Below, in pieces: positions 13,005 to 24,700 of a stretch of DNA of 64,000 bases (position 1 is the first letter of the stretch; each line of letters opens with the position of its first letter). The notes below the pieces were generated by a model. The model worked only from the letters and a program-made list of their open reading frames with translations, did not search any database and was not told the DNA's origin. The stretch is from Octopus bimaculoides (Eukaryota). The position numbers and the translations under genes are program-made. The stretch is from assembly GCF_001194135.2 (NCBI RefSeq), contig NC_068984.1:104200471-104264470 (forward strand), read 5' to 3'.

Positions 13005-14147
13005 TCATGGCTGGCCGGCAACATATTTTTCTGCATTATATGGATAATTTATCCTGATCACACTATGTATAGCATTATCACGCGTTTGAGAAATAAATTT
13101 ATTTCTGTATCTTATAAAAATTATCATTATTTGAATTTTAAAATATTCTATAAAATATATATATTGCTAGCATTTGTTCAGAGTTTAGCTGGACCAGAGT
13201 TGTGATTAACACCAGTATGGATTAGTCAGATAAGAGCACCTTAGGGAATCTTATTTCAACCAAGATTTAAAAAAAAAAAGCTTATGAATTTTTGAACTAA
13301 CAATTGTCACCTGTATTGCCTTTACCTATATGCTCAGCCAAATATGGCTTACTTTCTCTTCTGAAATCATTACCATCATCATTTAACATCTGTCTTCCAT
13401 GCTTGTGTAGGTCGAACAATTTGACAGGATCTGATGAGCTGGGATACTGCTTTGAGCTCCACTGCCTGCTTTGGCATGGTTTCTATGGCTGGATGCCTTA
13501 TCTAATGCTGACCACTTGACAGTGTATTGGATGCATTTTTGTTTTGTTACACTGGCACTATTGAAGTTGGCAAATAACTTGCAAGACAAAAAAAAAAAGC
13601 CTCCCTTCATTTGAGTGGGGTTGTAGAAGAGTTGGAGGTGGTTTTATGTCACATGTTGAGAGGCTAAAGTATGATAGAGGAACAGGCAGTACAGTAGAAG
13701 AGCTGCATGGCTATCTTGCATAATAAAAGAGTGGTGGGAATAGCTGGAAAGAAGATAAACTTGTTGGTTATGAGATGTCAGAGTGTATGTATTCTCAAGG
13801 TACAAGATGAATATATGAGAGAACATTGCATGAGTATGGGAAGGTGTGAATAGATAAGTTCATAGGAGTGTGAGAGGAGAGTTTTATTAATTAGGACACC
13901 TGAATAATCTTGATATTAAGGTTTGAAAATTGACTGTTTCAGGTATTGATTTTGTAGAAGGTTACGATTCACTCTTGTGCAGATTTGTTTTGTAAATATT
14001 TCAGAAGAATAAATTGTATAAATGGCTCAATTTCTTGAATTTTATTTATATCTGGGCTATATACATTGCTTAAGTCATTTAAAAAAAAAAGAAAGACCTG
14101 TTGTTTACTTGTTTTACTACTGTGTGAATATATACAGATATATGCAC

Positions 14148-14480
14148 CGGCATGGCTGTGTGGTTGAGAAGTTTACTTCCAATCATGTGGTTTCAAGTTC
14201 AGTCCCATTGCATGGCACCTTGGGTAAGCGTTTGGTTGACAGAAACTGAAGAAACCTATATATATATGTGTGTGTGTTTGTTTTGACATCACATGATAGT
14301 TGTAAATGAGTGTTGCCATCATACAAGTGTGTTATTCATTTCCAATCTTCCAAGAAAATTTGTCTTGCCATGGGAAAATATTACCTTGCTTGGGAACAAG
14401 GATGGGCATCCAGCTACAGAAAATCTGCCTCTATGAATTCATACTGACCCATTCAAGCATGTAAAAGTGTATCTTAAAAA
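14148..14480 (+). mobile_element. tRNA-derived SINE
   Basis: ggcatggctgtgtggttgagaagtttacttcc... head and family body. Confidence 0.75.
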
Positions 14481-14789
14481 CAATATACGTCATCAGATTC
14501 AGTTTTTAACATTCATCTTCCAAGCTGGCATGAATTTGATAGTTTGACAGGATCTGACAGATTGGAAGACTGCATCATGCTTCAATATCTGATTTCACAG
14601 GGTTTCTTTGACTGGATCCCCTTCCTACTGCTAACCACTTTATAGAGTGTACTGAGTGCATGGTTTTTAATGACACCAACACTATATTGGTTTGAATAGT
14701 TCTTATTTATTCTCAGATTACTTAAAATTAACAATTACCCACATTTTTCAATATCTCACAATTCAGACAAAGTTAAACACATTGTTTAC

Positions 14790-15025
14790 AATATATCATA
14801 GAATGTTTGCTAATTTACAATATATTTTTAAAGATTTTCCAATTTACAATATACTTTTTAATATTTTTCAATTTACAATATATTTAAAATATTTACAAAA
14901 TATTACAAAATATTTAAAATATTTTCCAATTTACAATATATTTTAAAATATTTGCTAATTTAACGATATAATTTAAGATGTTTATTAATTTACAATATAT
15001 TTAAAAACATTTGCTAATTTACAAA
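14790..15025. repeat. AT-rich degenerate minisatellite (unit about tttacaatatattttaaaatatttgctaa)
   Basis: Repeated imperfect ~29-bp units. The same unit reappears at about 16520-16615 and 17910-17965. Confidence 0.7.
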
Positions 15026-15029
15026 TTAT

Positions 15030-16070
15030 TGTATACAGTGGTCAGGTGCACTACAACTCAGCAGAAAAAGTAGCCAAAAGTGCATGAACAGTATATAGAA
15101 TAATGCACAGGAAGTGAACAGTGAATGAGTCTTTAAAAAAAGTGGATGGGTATCAGGTGTACTATAGGCAAATTTCAGGAAGAATGGAAGTTTTGAAGGA
15201 TGTAGTACCTCAACAGCCAACAGCTGTTGCATGTAGGTTATTCCATATTTCAGCAATTCTGAGCATGAAAAGCTGTTTCTGAAATCATGGGTACAGTATT
15301 GTTTTCTAAGTATGTCCATAAGTGTTAGACCTATGGAATTCAAGAGGTGCCCAAGGTTGTTGTTGAAAGATAGTGGATAATCTTGTGGGTGTCTACCAAG
15401 TCAGTTGCCAGATGTCAGAGATTTAATATGTCCATGTTCAGGGAAACAAGATGTTCAGAGTATGGTAGATGCTTGATAGCTGGTCTTCATCAACTTGATT
15501 AGATTGAGTTTAGAACCTAGTTGATCAAAGTGGAGAACATCTTTTGGAGGAATGCAGTTTTTGGATGAGTTACTGGAAAATGCCTGAAGATTGTTTATTT
15601 CTTTGTATACACTCATGGGAATTCATGTGCAGCAGATTCAATAGCTTTCTCGATGCATTTAGATTCAACAAGAGCTGTGGACAGATTTCTAAGTTAGGTA
15701 TTCCAAAATGATCCCTCATTGTGAGGTTTTATATGAATTTTTGTTATTTCTTGGCTTAGATCAGAAATTGATTGTCAAATTACCACAACTTCCATGTTGA
15801 TCAGATTTTGTTCTTGCTTTTGTTCAACATTAACGGTAGGGGTCTGGCATCGAAAGGACCAATTTGGTTGCTGGACCATCTCCCAGAGTCCATTCATCAT
15901 AGAATTTTATGGTGTCCCCTTTTTTAACCTGGGATCATTGGAAAGTTAGTGTTACATTGAAGGCAGAGAGAAACATGGCATTTGCCACATTTAACCCATC
16001 GATTTTAGAAAGAGTTCTTGGATTTTGTGTATAGATGACAGATGTGATTTCCTTGGCATTATTCTATTTT
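15030..16070 (-). mobile_element. Degenerate CR1/L2-like LINE 3' fragment
   Basis: Minus strand reads ...RIAEIWNNLHATAVG*GTTSFK, resembling the CR1 C-terminal (R..N.WN.LP...SFK) motif. Heavily decayed. Confidence 0.45.
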
Positions 16071-16088
16071 GGAACAGTGACTAGTTTT

Positions 16089-16396
16089 ATTTACATTTGA
16101 TGGATATTTGCCCTCATTTTGTTTGTTGTTAACACAATGTTTCGGCTGAATTACACCTTCATCAGGTGTTCTGGTAGGATTTTGAACCCTATCCTGGGAT
16201 CTTATAAGGTATTTTTTTTGCTGATGTTATTATTATTATTAATATTATTTATTCAAGGCACTGCATGGTATTGAACTCGCAATCTTGGGGTTAGTAGCCC
16301 GCGCTCTTAACCATTACACTACAAACAAGATGAGGACAAATATCCGTCAAATGTAAATAATGTACATAATTCCTCATCCCTTAAATATAGAACTGT
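16089..16396 (-). mobile_element. tRNA-headed non-autonomous element with Penelope-like tail, terminal inverted segment and minimal hammerhead motif
   Basis: 13-bp TSD AGTGACTAGTTTT (16076-16088, 16397-16409). Inverted 38-bp segments at 16089-16126 and 16321-16358. Pol III A/B-box head on the minus strand at about 16322-16255. Confidence 0.7.
16131..16170 (-). ncRNA. Minimal type I hammerhead ribozyme motif (probably degenerate)
   Basis: Minus strand reads AACAC-CTGATGA-AGGTGTAATTCAGCC-GAAAC-ATT-GTGTT: core boxes CUGAUGA and GAAA, 5-bp stem I (AACAC/GUGUU), short stem II (GG/CC). Confidence 0.6.
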
Positions 16397-16618
16397 AGTG
16401 ACTAGTTTTGTTGCATACTTCACCCATACATATAGCCATAGCAATTTTGTCCTGTCTGTCCATTCATACAATAGAAAGACAAAAGGTCAGCAAATATGCC
16501 TAAGTATAGTATGCTTGTTAAGCAGATTTGCTAATTTACAATATATTGTGAAATATTTGCTAGGTTACAATATATTTTAAAATATTTGCTAATGTAACAA
16601 TATAGTTTAAAATGTATA

Positions 16619-17907
16619 TGAGGTCTGATCAATAAATATCTAAACTGGTGCTATAAAAACAGAACTACAACACGTACCAATTTGGCATTTAATCTCCTTC
16701 AAAGTAGTCCCCTTCAGAAGCCACACACTTAATCCAACACTGCTTCCATTGATGGAAGCATTCCTGAAACTCATTTTCTGGGATAATCAGCAGCTGCCTT
16801 GTCACATTCATGTTGATTTCCTTGATGTTCTGAAATCTTCCTTTCAAGTGGAATTCAAGTTTTGGAAAGAGGAAAAAGTTGTAAGGAGCGAGATCTGGAG
16901 AATACGGTGGCTGTCAGACCTGAAGAATGCTGTGCCTAGCCAAAAACTGTTGCTCAAAGGGCAGGTGTGTTGTCATGATGCAATTGCCACTCACTGGATG
17001 CATGCAATTGTGGTCTTTGCTGACAAATAGCATCCTGCAAATGTTGCAAAAGATGATGGTAGTATTCCTTGCTAGCTGTCTGACCAGGTGGAGCATACTT
17101 ATGATGAGCAATCCCCTTGTCGAAGAAAACAGTTAACAATGTCTTACTTGTTCGTGTTTTCTTTGGTCTTGGAGAGGTTGGGGGTATTCCACTGTGAAGA
17201 CTGAGCCTTTGTTTCGGGTCATAACCATAGACCCACAATTCATCATCTGTTACTACTGTTTTCAAAAAGTTTTCATAATTCTCAACACAATCAAGGAGAT
17301 TTTGTGCAACTGAAACTCGAGTGTCTTTTTCATCAGCTGACAGCAGTTTTGGCACAAACTTGGCAGACACGTTTTATACCCAAATCTTCAGTGATAATGG
17401 ACTGAAGTGAACCCTAACTAGTCTGCACATCCTCTGATAACACATGGATGGTGATTCAATGATTTCCCCTCACAGCTGCATGCACATCTGCGATCTTTTT
17501 CTCAGTTCTACTGGTTGCGGGTTTCCTAGAATGTTTGTCACTATCAACATTTTTTCAGCTCTCTTGGAAATGTCTGAACCACTCGTACACTTGTGTACGG
17601 CTCATACACTTCTCTCCACACACTTTCTGCAACTTTGCGTAGGCCTCTGAGCAGGTATCACCAAGCTTTTGGCAAAATTTGATGCAGATTCTCTGTTCAG
17701 TTTTCTCTGTCATGGTCAATGTGATGATCACATGCTACACACGTTCCTTCCAAACATTGCTGTAAACAGCAGAAGTGAGCTAGAACGTTGAAACTTAGTG
17801 CGCATACACAGCAGAGTTCAAGGTCAATCTGTGCCAAGCGGCTTCACTCAGCGTGCTTTAGCTTTGTTACTATGGCAACAGTTTGGATATATATTGATCA
17901 GACCGCA
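16619..17907 (-). mobile_element. Full-length (1289 bp) decayed mariner DNA transposon
   Basis: TIRs TGAGGTCTGATCAATAAATATCTAAACT / AGTTTGGATATATATTGATCAGACCGCA with TA on both flanks. Transposase remnant inside. Confidence 0.92.
16689..17713 (-). pseudogene. Mariner transposase pseudogene
   Basis: MTEKTEQRICIKFC...KFVPKLL...VVTDDELWVYGYDP...WQLHHDNTP...GDYFEGD*, with in-frame stops and frameshifts. Confidence 0.9.
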
Positions 17908-20900
17908 TATTAAATTACAATGTATTTTAAGATATTTGATAATCTAAGAATTTTGAAATGTTTGCTAATTTCATGTTGGCTGAATTAAAAAAAAAAAATC
18001 TTTTGAGCAGGATTTGCTGATCTTAACAAATTATTCCACAGAAAGCTTACTTCAGGCATTTTGAAAAATATTGCTTCATATTTAAAAATAGGTTATTGCT
18101 CACAAGCCACCAGGTCCTGTCTGATGTTATTGTTGAGTTATTATGGTTCAAGAAAACCAGATAAAAATATTGTTTCAGAGAATAGCACCAATCTATATAA
18201 GAATATTGAGACATTTAGAAAATTTCTTGCACTTAGCTACTGTGTAGGTTATATTCATGCTTTAAGTTTGAACTGATCAGTGCTTAACCAAAACAATTAC
18301 CACCATATGTAAACTATCTTTTTCAGTGCTTTCAGTCAGGGAACTCCAAGTATAATTGACTACAACAACTTCAAAAAAGCTCTTGGATTAATCCTTTTGT
18401 GAAAACAGTATTTGATGAGCTAATAACCTATGGCTTAAGTAAGCTGCAGATTCTAAGTTTTTAATATAGTATATCCTCCTCAGGGTGTCATGAAATAAGC
18501 TCTTATTCATCCTTTTCTTGCTGGATTATATAAAAAATGAGATAGCCTAAAATAATTGGTTTTAAAATGAAATGTCAGTGATTTAATTCACTTTTCAGTA
18601 AACAGCTTTTACTTATTAAATTACTTTTGTTCAACTATGTTGAATAAAATATAAATTAACTCTGTTAATCTGGTCACAGTTGATAATGAGCCTGCACTAA
18701 CATTTTTTTTTATTTCCAGCATTCAAAGTTAATATAAAATTGGCATGGCTGTGTTTAAGAAGTTTAGGATTAGAAGTTTGCTTCTCAATCAGTCTTTTGG
18801 TTTGGGGTTCAGTCTTACTTTGTAGCAACTTGGGCTACACAGTGGGATTATAGCAAAAGACATTTGTCTTCTACTATAGTCTTTGGTTAACCGAAACCTT
18901 GAGTAGATTTGGCAGACAAAAACAGAAAGCAACCAGTCATGCATCAACCCCTGCTTGTTGTCCATTCTGTTTTCTCACACCTCTCCATGTCTATTCTGCT
19001 AATCTGTACTCTCTCATCTGTTCTACTCACTGTACTAAGTTACCTATATCTGACAGAAGTGTACTGAATTTGTGCATATTAAATATCTCCTTTCTCTATA
19101 CCTCTATCACCTATATCTTAGTACTTCTCCTTTCCTTCTGAATCATACTTGAGTGGGGAGAGTTTACACTTTGGCAGTCTTTACCCACCTTCCTTGATTC
19201 TCTTGTCACTATAATGTTTTGGACATGTTACCTTGAGAATATACTCTGTCCTTATCATATCTCTCCTGCAACATCACTCCACCCTCCCATATATAACTGT
19301 ATCTCCTCTTCAGTCCTCTCCTCCTCACAACCCTTATCACTCTGATTCTTTCTCACTAACTCCCTAACACTATTTTGCCTCCTATTACCCCCTTTCCTGA
19401 CTCTGTCTTTGTAACTCTCTCCTCCACCACGCTTTTTCAATAGTAAACCTGTGTAACTCCAATAAGAACTGTCTTGGAGTGTGACAAAGTGTCCAACCTA
19501 TGTGGGCTTGCTTACTAATTGACCAATCCCACCACTAGGTCCACCTATTCAACCCACCATTACAAACATAGACCTCTTTCTAAAGCAAATTCAAAGCAAC
19601 TGTATTTCACAAATAAAACCCTAATGAACCCATTATTTTGTTGTTTTTACATGAATTGCCACCCCATTATAGCCCTATAGCACCATTACTATTTTGATCC
19701 CATCCTCACCTTCATACTAGTCTGACATGAACCTTTCCCTCTCCTCTCTCTTGATTACCTCCATTCTAACACTGCTGCCTCTGTTATTCTCTCCATTGCC
19801 ATCTTCTCACAATAAATTTTCTTTATCCACCGTAGGAACTACCTTTCACTTTGCAAGGTAACCCCAACAGTGGTGAGGCCATAAAATGCACTTGGCACAC
19901 TTTGTAAGTGATTGGCAATCAATTGAAGTAGTAACAATGTAGGGTTTTTTAGTCTTGCCAAGGGAAGGCAATCTTTATATTATTGGTGTTATGATAAAAT
20001 GTACCCATTACACTCTGTAAAGTGCTTGGTATTAGAATGGGCATCCAGCTGTATAAACAATGTTGAAAATTGGATATTGGAGCAAGATATGGTCTTCTGA
20101 CACATTGAATCTTGCTGAACCAGCTTCTCCATGTCGATCTAGATGCAAAAATTCCAATCTAGATGAAAATTTCTTAAAATGTTGGCTGAAGAACTCCTTG
20201 GTGAGAAAGAAGAACCTAAGAAAGAATTTCAGTTTATAAAAGAGAAAAAACTAGTAACTTATGATTTTTTGGACTTTGTCCTTCAAGAAAAAAGAAAGAG
20301 TAGAATTAGCTGTCAAAAATATCACATTTTTGCATATGAAAGCCAGAGATGAAACAGATTTGTGCTTGAACTGTGTAAATTAATTTTTTTATGTTTTGTA
20401 TATATGTTTCAATGAAAATCTGACTTGGGCCAGTGTGGTCACCTTCATGTCTTTATGTAACTTTTTTTCATGTTTTCTATGGTTAAAATTACAAAATACA
20501 TTCAGCTATTGGTTTAATGAAAGAGAGTGAGAGAGGTAGAAAGAATTAAAACTAGTTTTTAGTTTTGCCTTTGTAGAATGCTATGGTAAGAAACTGTAAA
20601 TGAACTAGGGATTAAACCTGGTTTGCAGTTTCAGGGGTCACTCTATAGTATTCATTTTCTCACTTTGGATTATCAGGCCTAATTAAGAAAGATGGTGATA
20701 CTTATAATGTGCAAGTTGAGATTTTACAATTTTTCAAGGCATGGAAATATTAAGTGGCTTAGCTAACTTGATGATGAAAGAATCCTCCAAATCAATTTGA
20801 TAGGAAGAGCCCAGCTTCCTTCAGACCCTAAATTTGGGCTCCTCAGAAAAAAACAAGTGAATTGTAATAGAATATTAAATCTAAATTTAGTTGTTATTTA

Positions 20901-21047
20901 TCCACAAGTCAACCATTAGCAAAAATTCAGGTATCCCAGATATGTTTCCTTCCTTTTAAGGTTATATAAGACTACACTAAGGTGTTCTTATTTTGATTTG
21001 AAAGAGACTTGGTTACTATTTCTAGCAGGTCTCGTAACCATGTAGAG

Positions 21048-21357
21048 CAGTGGTTCTCAAACTTTTTGGGACTGCCGCCCCCTTGACACCCAGGCCACAT
21101 TTCTATTGCCTCCACCCCAACTAACCATTACAAACATAGACCTCTTTCTAAAGCAAATTCAAAGCAACTGTATTTCACAAATAAAACTTAACCTAATGAA
21201 CCCATTATTTTGTTGTTTTTACATGAATTGTCACCCCATTATAGCCCTAACTTTTACATGAATCGCTAACCCATCATCACTCCACTTTTCTTCAATGCCC
21301 CCTTAGAACTTTCCACCACCCCCAGGGGGGCAATACTGCCCACTTTCAGAACCACTG
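21048..21357. mobile_element. hAT-type MITE
   Basis: TIRs CAGTGGTTCT / AGAACCACTG and a perfect 8-bp TSD ATGTAGAG. An internal segment is also present at about 19553-19680, and a related inverted copy at about 28327-28599. Confidence 0.85.
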
Positions 21358-21610
21358 ATGTAGAGACTTCTTTGTTAGCTCAGACTAAGTTGAGTTTTTT
21401 TTTGCCAGAAGTGAGATGTATGGATGATGACCATGTTAGGGAACTGTTTCTTATAAGGTATAGTTGATTACATTGTCTCCTCCACTCCTGTGTTTATTCT
21501 TGTTAAGCGATGCAAAGATTTCAAGAGGATATATTTTATTTTTATATTGAGCTACATATGTATCAGTAACACTTTTGTGTAATTTTGTCCTTAAATTTTA
21601 TTCTTTTAGA

Positions 21611-21719
21611 ATGGATATTGCTGAAAGTATGATACAGCGTTTTCGTGTTGGAGGCCGAAACAAAACTAAGTTTTCTCCTTCAAAGGAGGATATTCTAAAC
21701 ACAATAGAGCAATTTGGAG
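21611..21719 (+). CDS. TBC1D5: TBC1D5 first coding exon (MDIAESMIQRFRVGGRNKTKFSPSKEDILNTIEQFG)
   Basis: Acceptor ttcttttag at 21601-21609, ATG at 21611, donor G|gtaaga at 21720. Phase 1 matches the next exon. The N-terminus is poorly conserved, so support is splice and frame continuity. Confidence 0.75.
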
Positions 21720-24700
21720 GTAAGACAGGTAAAGAAAAATATATTTTGTCTTTTTCACAATGAAAGCATTTTTGTTTTATATATTTTTACGTGTCTCAAT
21801 ATACATATATTTATACCTATTTGACCCACCATTCTATATATTAGCAAATATTGTGCATAGGATTTTCAATTTAGTACTGAAAAAACAAGAGGTAACTTCC
21901 CAGCATGCTGGGAGTATAGTATAGTTTCAGCTGTTTTTTGAAGCCATTTCACTTCACATATAATGGCCTTTGAAAAGGCATTAATACTGTCAACTGTTAT
22001 TTCTATGTCCTTCAAAATTTTGAAACTGTATGTCTAATTTAAGAAATGAAATTATATCACCCTTAAGTGTGTCAGATTTTCAAATATTTTGATTATGCTG
22101 ATGGACACATACATACACACATATTTGTTTAGTGAATTTATTCCAAGAAACAAGAAAACTTAAATATGTGCGAATATAATCTGACCTGGAAGTTCAGCAG
22201 TAGCATAATGTGTATGGGTGCGTACTTATATATATATCTGTCTTTCTCCCATGCTGGCATTGATTGGATAGTTTGACAGGATTCATCTGGTCAGAGGACT
22301 GCATCATGTTCCAATGTCGACTTTAACATGGTATCTATAACTGGATACCTTTCCTAATGGCAGCCACTTTATGGTGTGTATTGAGTGCTTTTTTCATGGC
22401 TCCAGCACAAGTGAAGTTGCCATGAAGCTTGCAAGACTAAAATCTAATTGAGTAGGGCTACAATAGAGGGGGAAGCAGCTTTATGCTAGGTGATGTGAAG
22501 TTGAAGTATGAAGGAAGCCTACCCTTTTGGAACATGTTTCTTACTGTAGTGGAGATATATGACTGCTCACATTATACAGAAGTGGGTGGGAGTAGTCAGT
22601 GTGTATTTGAAAAGAGAAATAAAGATGGTGGTGGCATGTCAGGGTGGGCTCTGGGGAGAGGAGAATGGGAAGAGTGAGTAGGTAGGGGTAGCAAGAGTGT
22701 ATGGAGAGTGAGGCATGATTGGAGATGGGGTAGGGGTGAAAATATATTGAATGATGAAGAAGCATCAAGGTGCTCAATGAGAAATATGAGTTGGATGGAA
22801 GGTAGGAGGGAGTAGATGAGGATTAGAGATTGGTAAGGATATAGGAGTGAATGTAATGAATGTTGGAAGGATAATATTAACCATAAAGGATGGATGCTAA
22901 GTCAGTTGGTTCCTGGTATTGAAAAAGATAATTGGTATTACAGGAAAGATGATAGAATAGATAGTTCTGTCCTCATTTAATAACAGCTGTGGAATACTGC
23001 AGTTAGGCAAATGATAGTGAGATGAAAGGGTAGGGGAAGGTTTGATGAGGAAATTAGGTGTGGGTCCCAATTGTATATATAAACATTATACTTCCTGAAC
23101 CTCAGTTATACTGTGATGGGCTGGTTTTCTGAAATACTGCATATTGCCAGTTCTCCTTTATCATCTCCTTTGTGAAATTCAAACTTCTGAGATCAGCCAT
23201 CACAACTTCATTCCATGTCTTTGTGGGTCTCACTTGTTTACAAGTTCCATCCACCTAAAGTGACTGGCACATCTTTATATAGCTCTCTTCATCCATATAC
23301 TTCTCATGCCTGTACCAGTGCAGTCTTCTCTCTTGCACACTACATCTGATGCCTATCATGCCCAATCTTCCAATTTTTCTCAACACATCTGTACTTTGTT
23401 ATTCATGCACACTGATGTTGCATATCCAACATGCATGCTAGCTTCTCTTTCTAGTCTTTGCATGTCTTCTGCATTTAGGGTCTACGTCTCATTACCATGT
23501 AGTATTGCAGTTCATACACTGGAATCATACAATATGCCTTTCTTTCCAAAAGGAAAACTGTTTGTTACCAATAGAGGTAATAGTGGTCTAAACTTTCTCC
23601 ATCCTATTCTTATTCTAGCAACTATACTTTCAGAGCATCCTTCTCCATTGCTAATTAGATCATTTAGGTTAGAGAAGCTATTTACTACTTCTAAGAATCT
23701 TGGGCATTTGAGAAAATCTATTTATCATGCCCTCTTAGTGTTTTATTGTTCCTGCTCATCTGCCACATACAAACTCTAGTTTATCTGTTAACTGTAATTC
23801 CATTGCATTTCTTGTGTCCATAGTTTGCATTGGGTACAACATATATACAATTTCTGCTAATATCAAGTAAAGTCACTTCCTTGATGGAAGTAGAGATCTG
23901 TCAGGTTCCCTAATTACTGAAACTTTTTTTTTTTTCTAATTTAACTTTGAGGCCTTTTAATTCCATCTGTAACTTCCACATCTGGAATTTCTTTTCTAGT
24001 TCTGCTAGAGATTCAACTATAAGAGGTGAGGTTATCAATATATAGCAGTACTCAAAGGCAACCAGTTTAAAATCCTTTGTTAAGGCATGAAAGACTATGA
24101 TGAATAGGAGGGAACTGACAATGGAACCTTAATGAACTCTTACCTGCACATTGTTTGTTGCTAAATTTGTTCATTATCACCTTATTGCCAGCACCTTTGT
24201 ACATGACTTGTATGGCTTTCACGAGTCATTCATCTATCCTTAGCATCCTCAGTGACCATTAGATTACTGAGCGATGGACTCTGTTGGAGGCTTCTCCAGG
24301 TCAATGAATACTAAGTATAGTGGGTTACTTTTAGCCAAGTATTTTTTTAGTTGCCTCAAATAGAAGAAGGGATCTGTTGTACTTATGTGTTTTTGCCTGG
24401 CAGAAAAACAAATTGCATCTCATCTAGCTTGACTCTTGTTTGTGTGTGTAAGCTGGCATGGGTTGGACTGTATATATATTAGAAGCAGCGTAAATAATTA
24501 TCAATATGATATATTTAATGTATATGTGTTAAACACTGTGAGGCTGTAGTACTTCATCCAGGGTAAACCCCTTTAAAGACACATTGTGTTTAAAAGCACA
24601 ATATTTCTCAAAGCTAGGCAATTATTTTTGCACTTTAGTGTCACACACTCATCCCTTTCTTCGTGCATGACTTTAAAGGAATCTACTTTGGATGAAGTAC

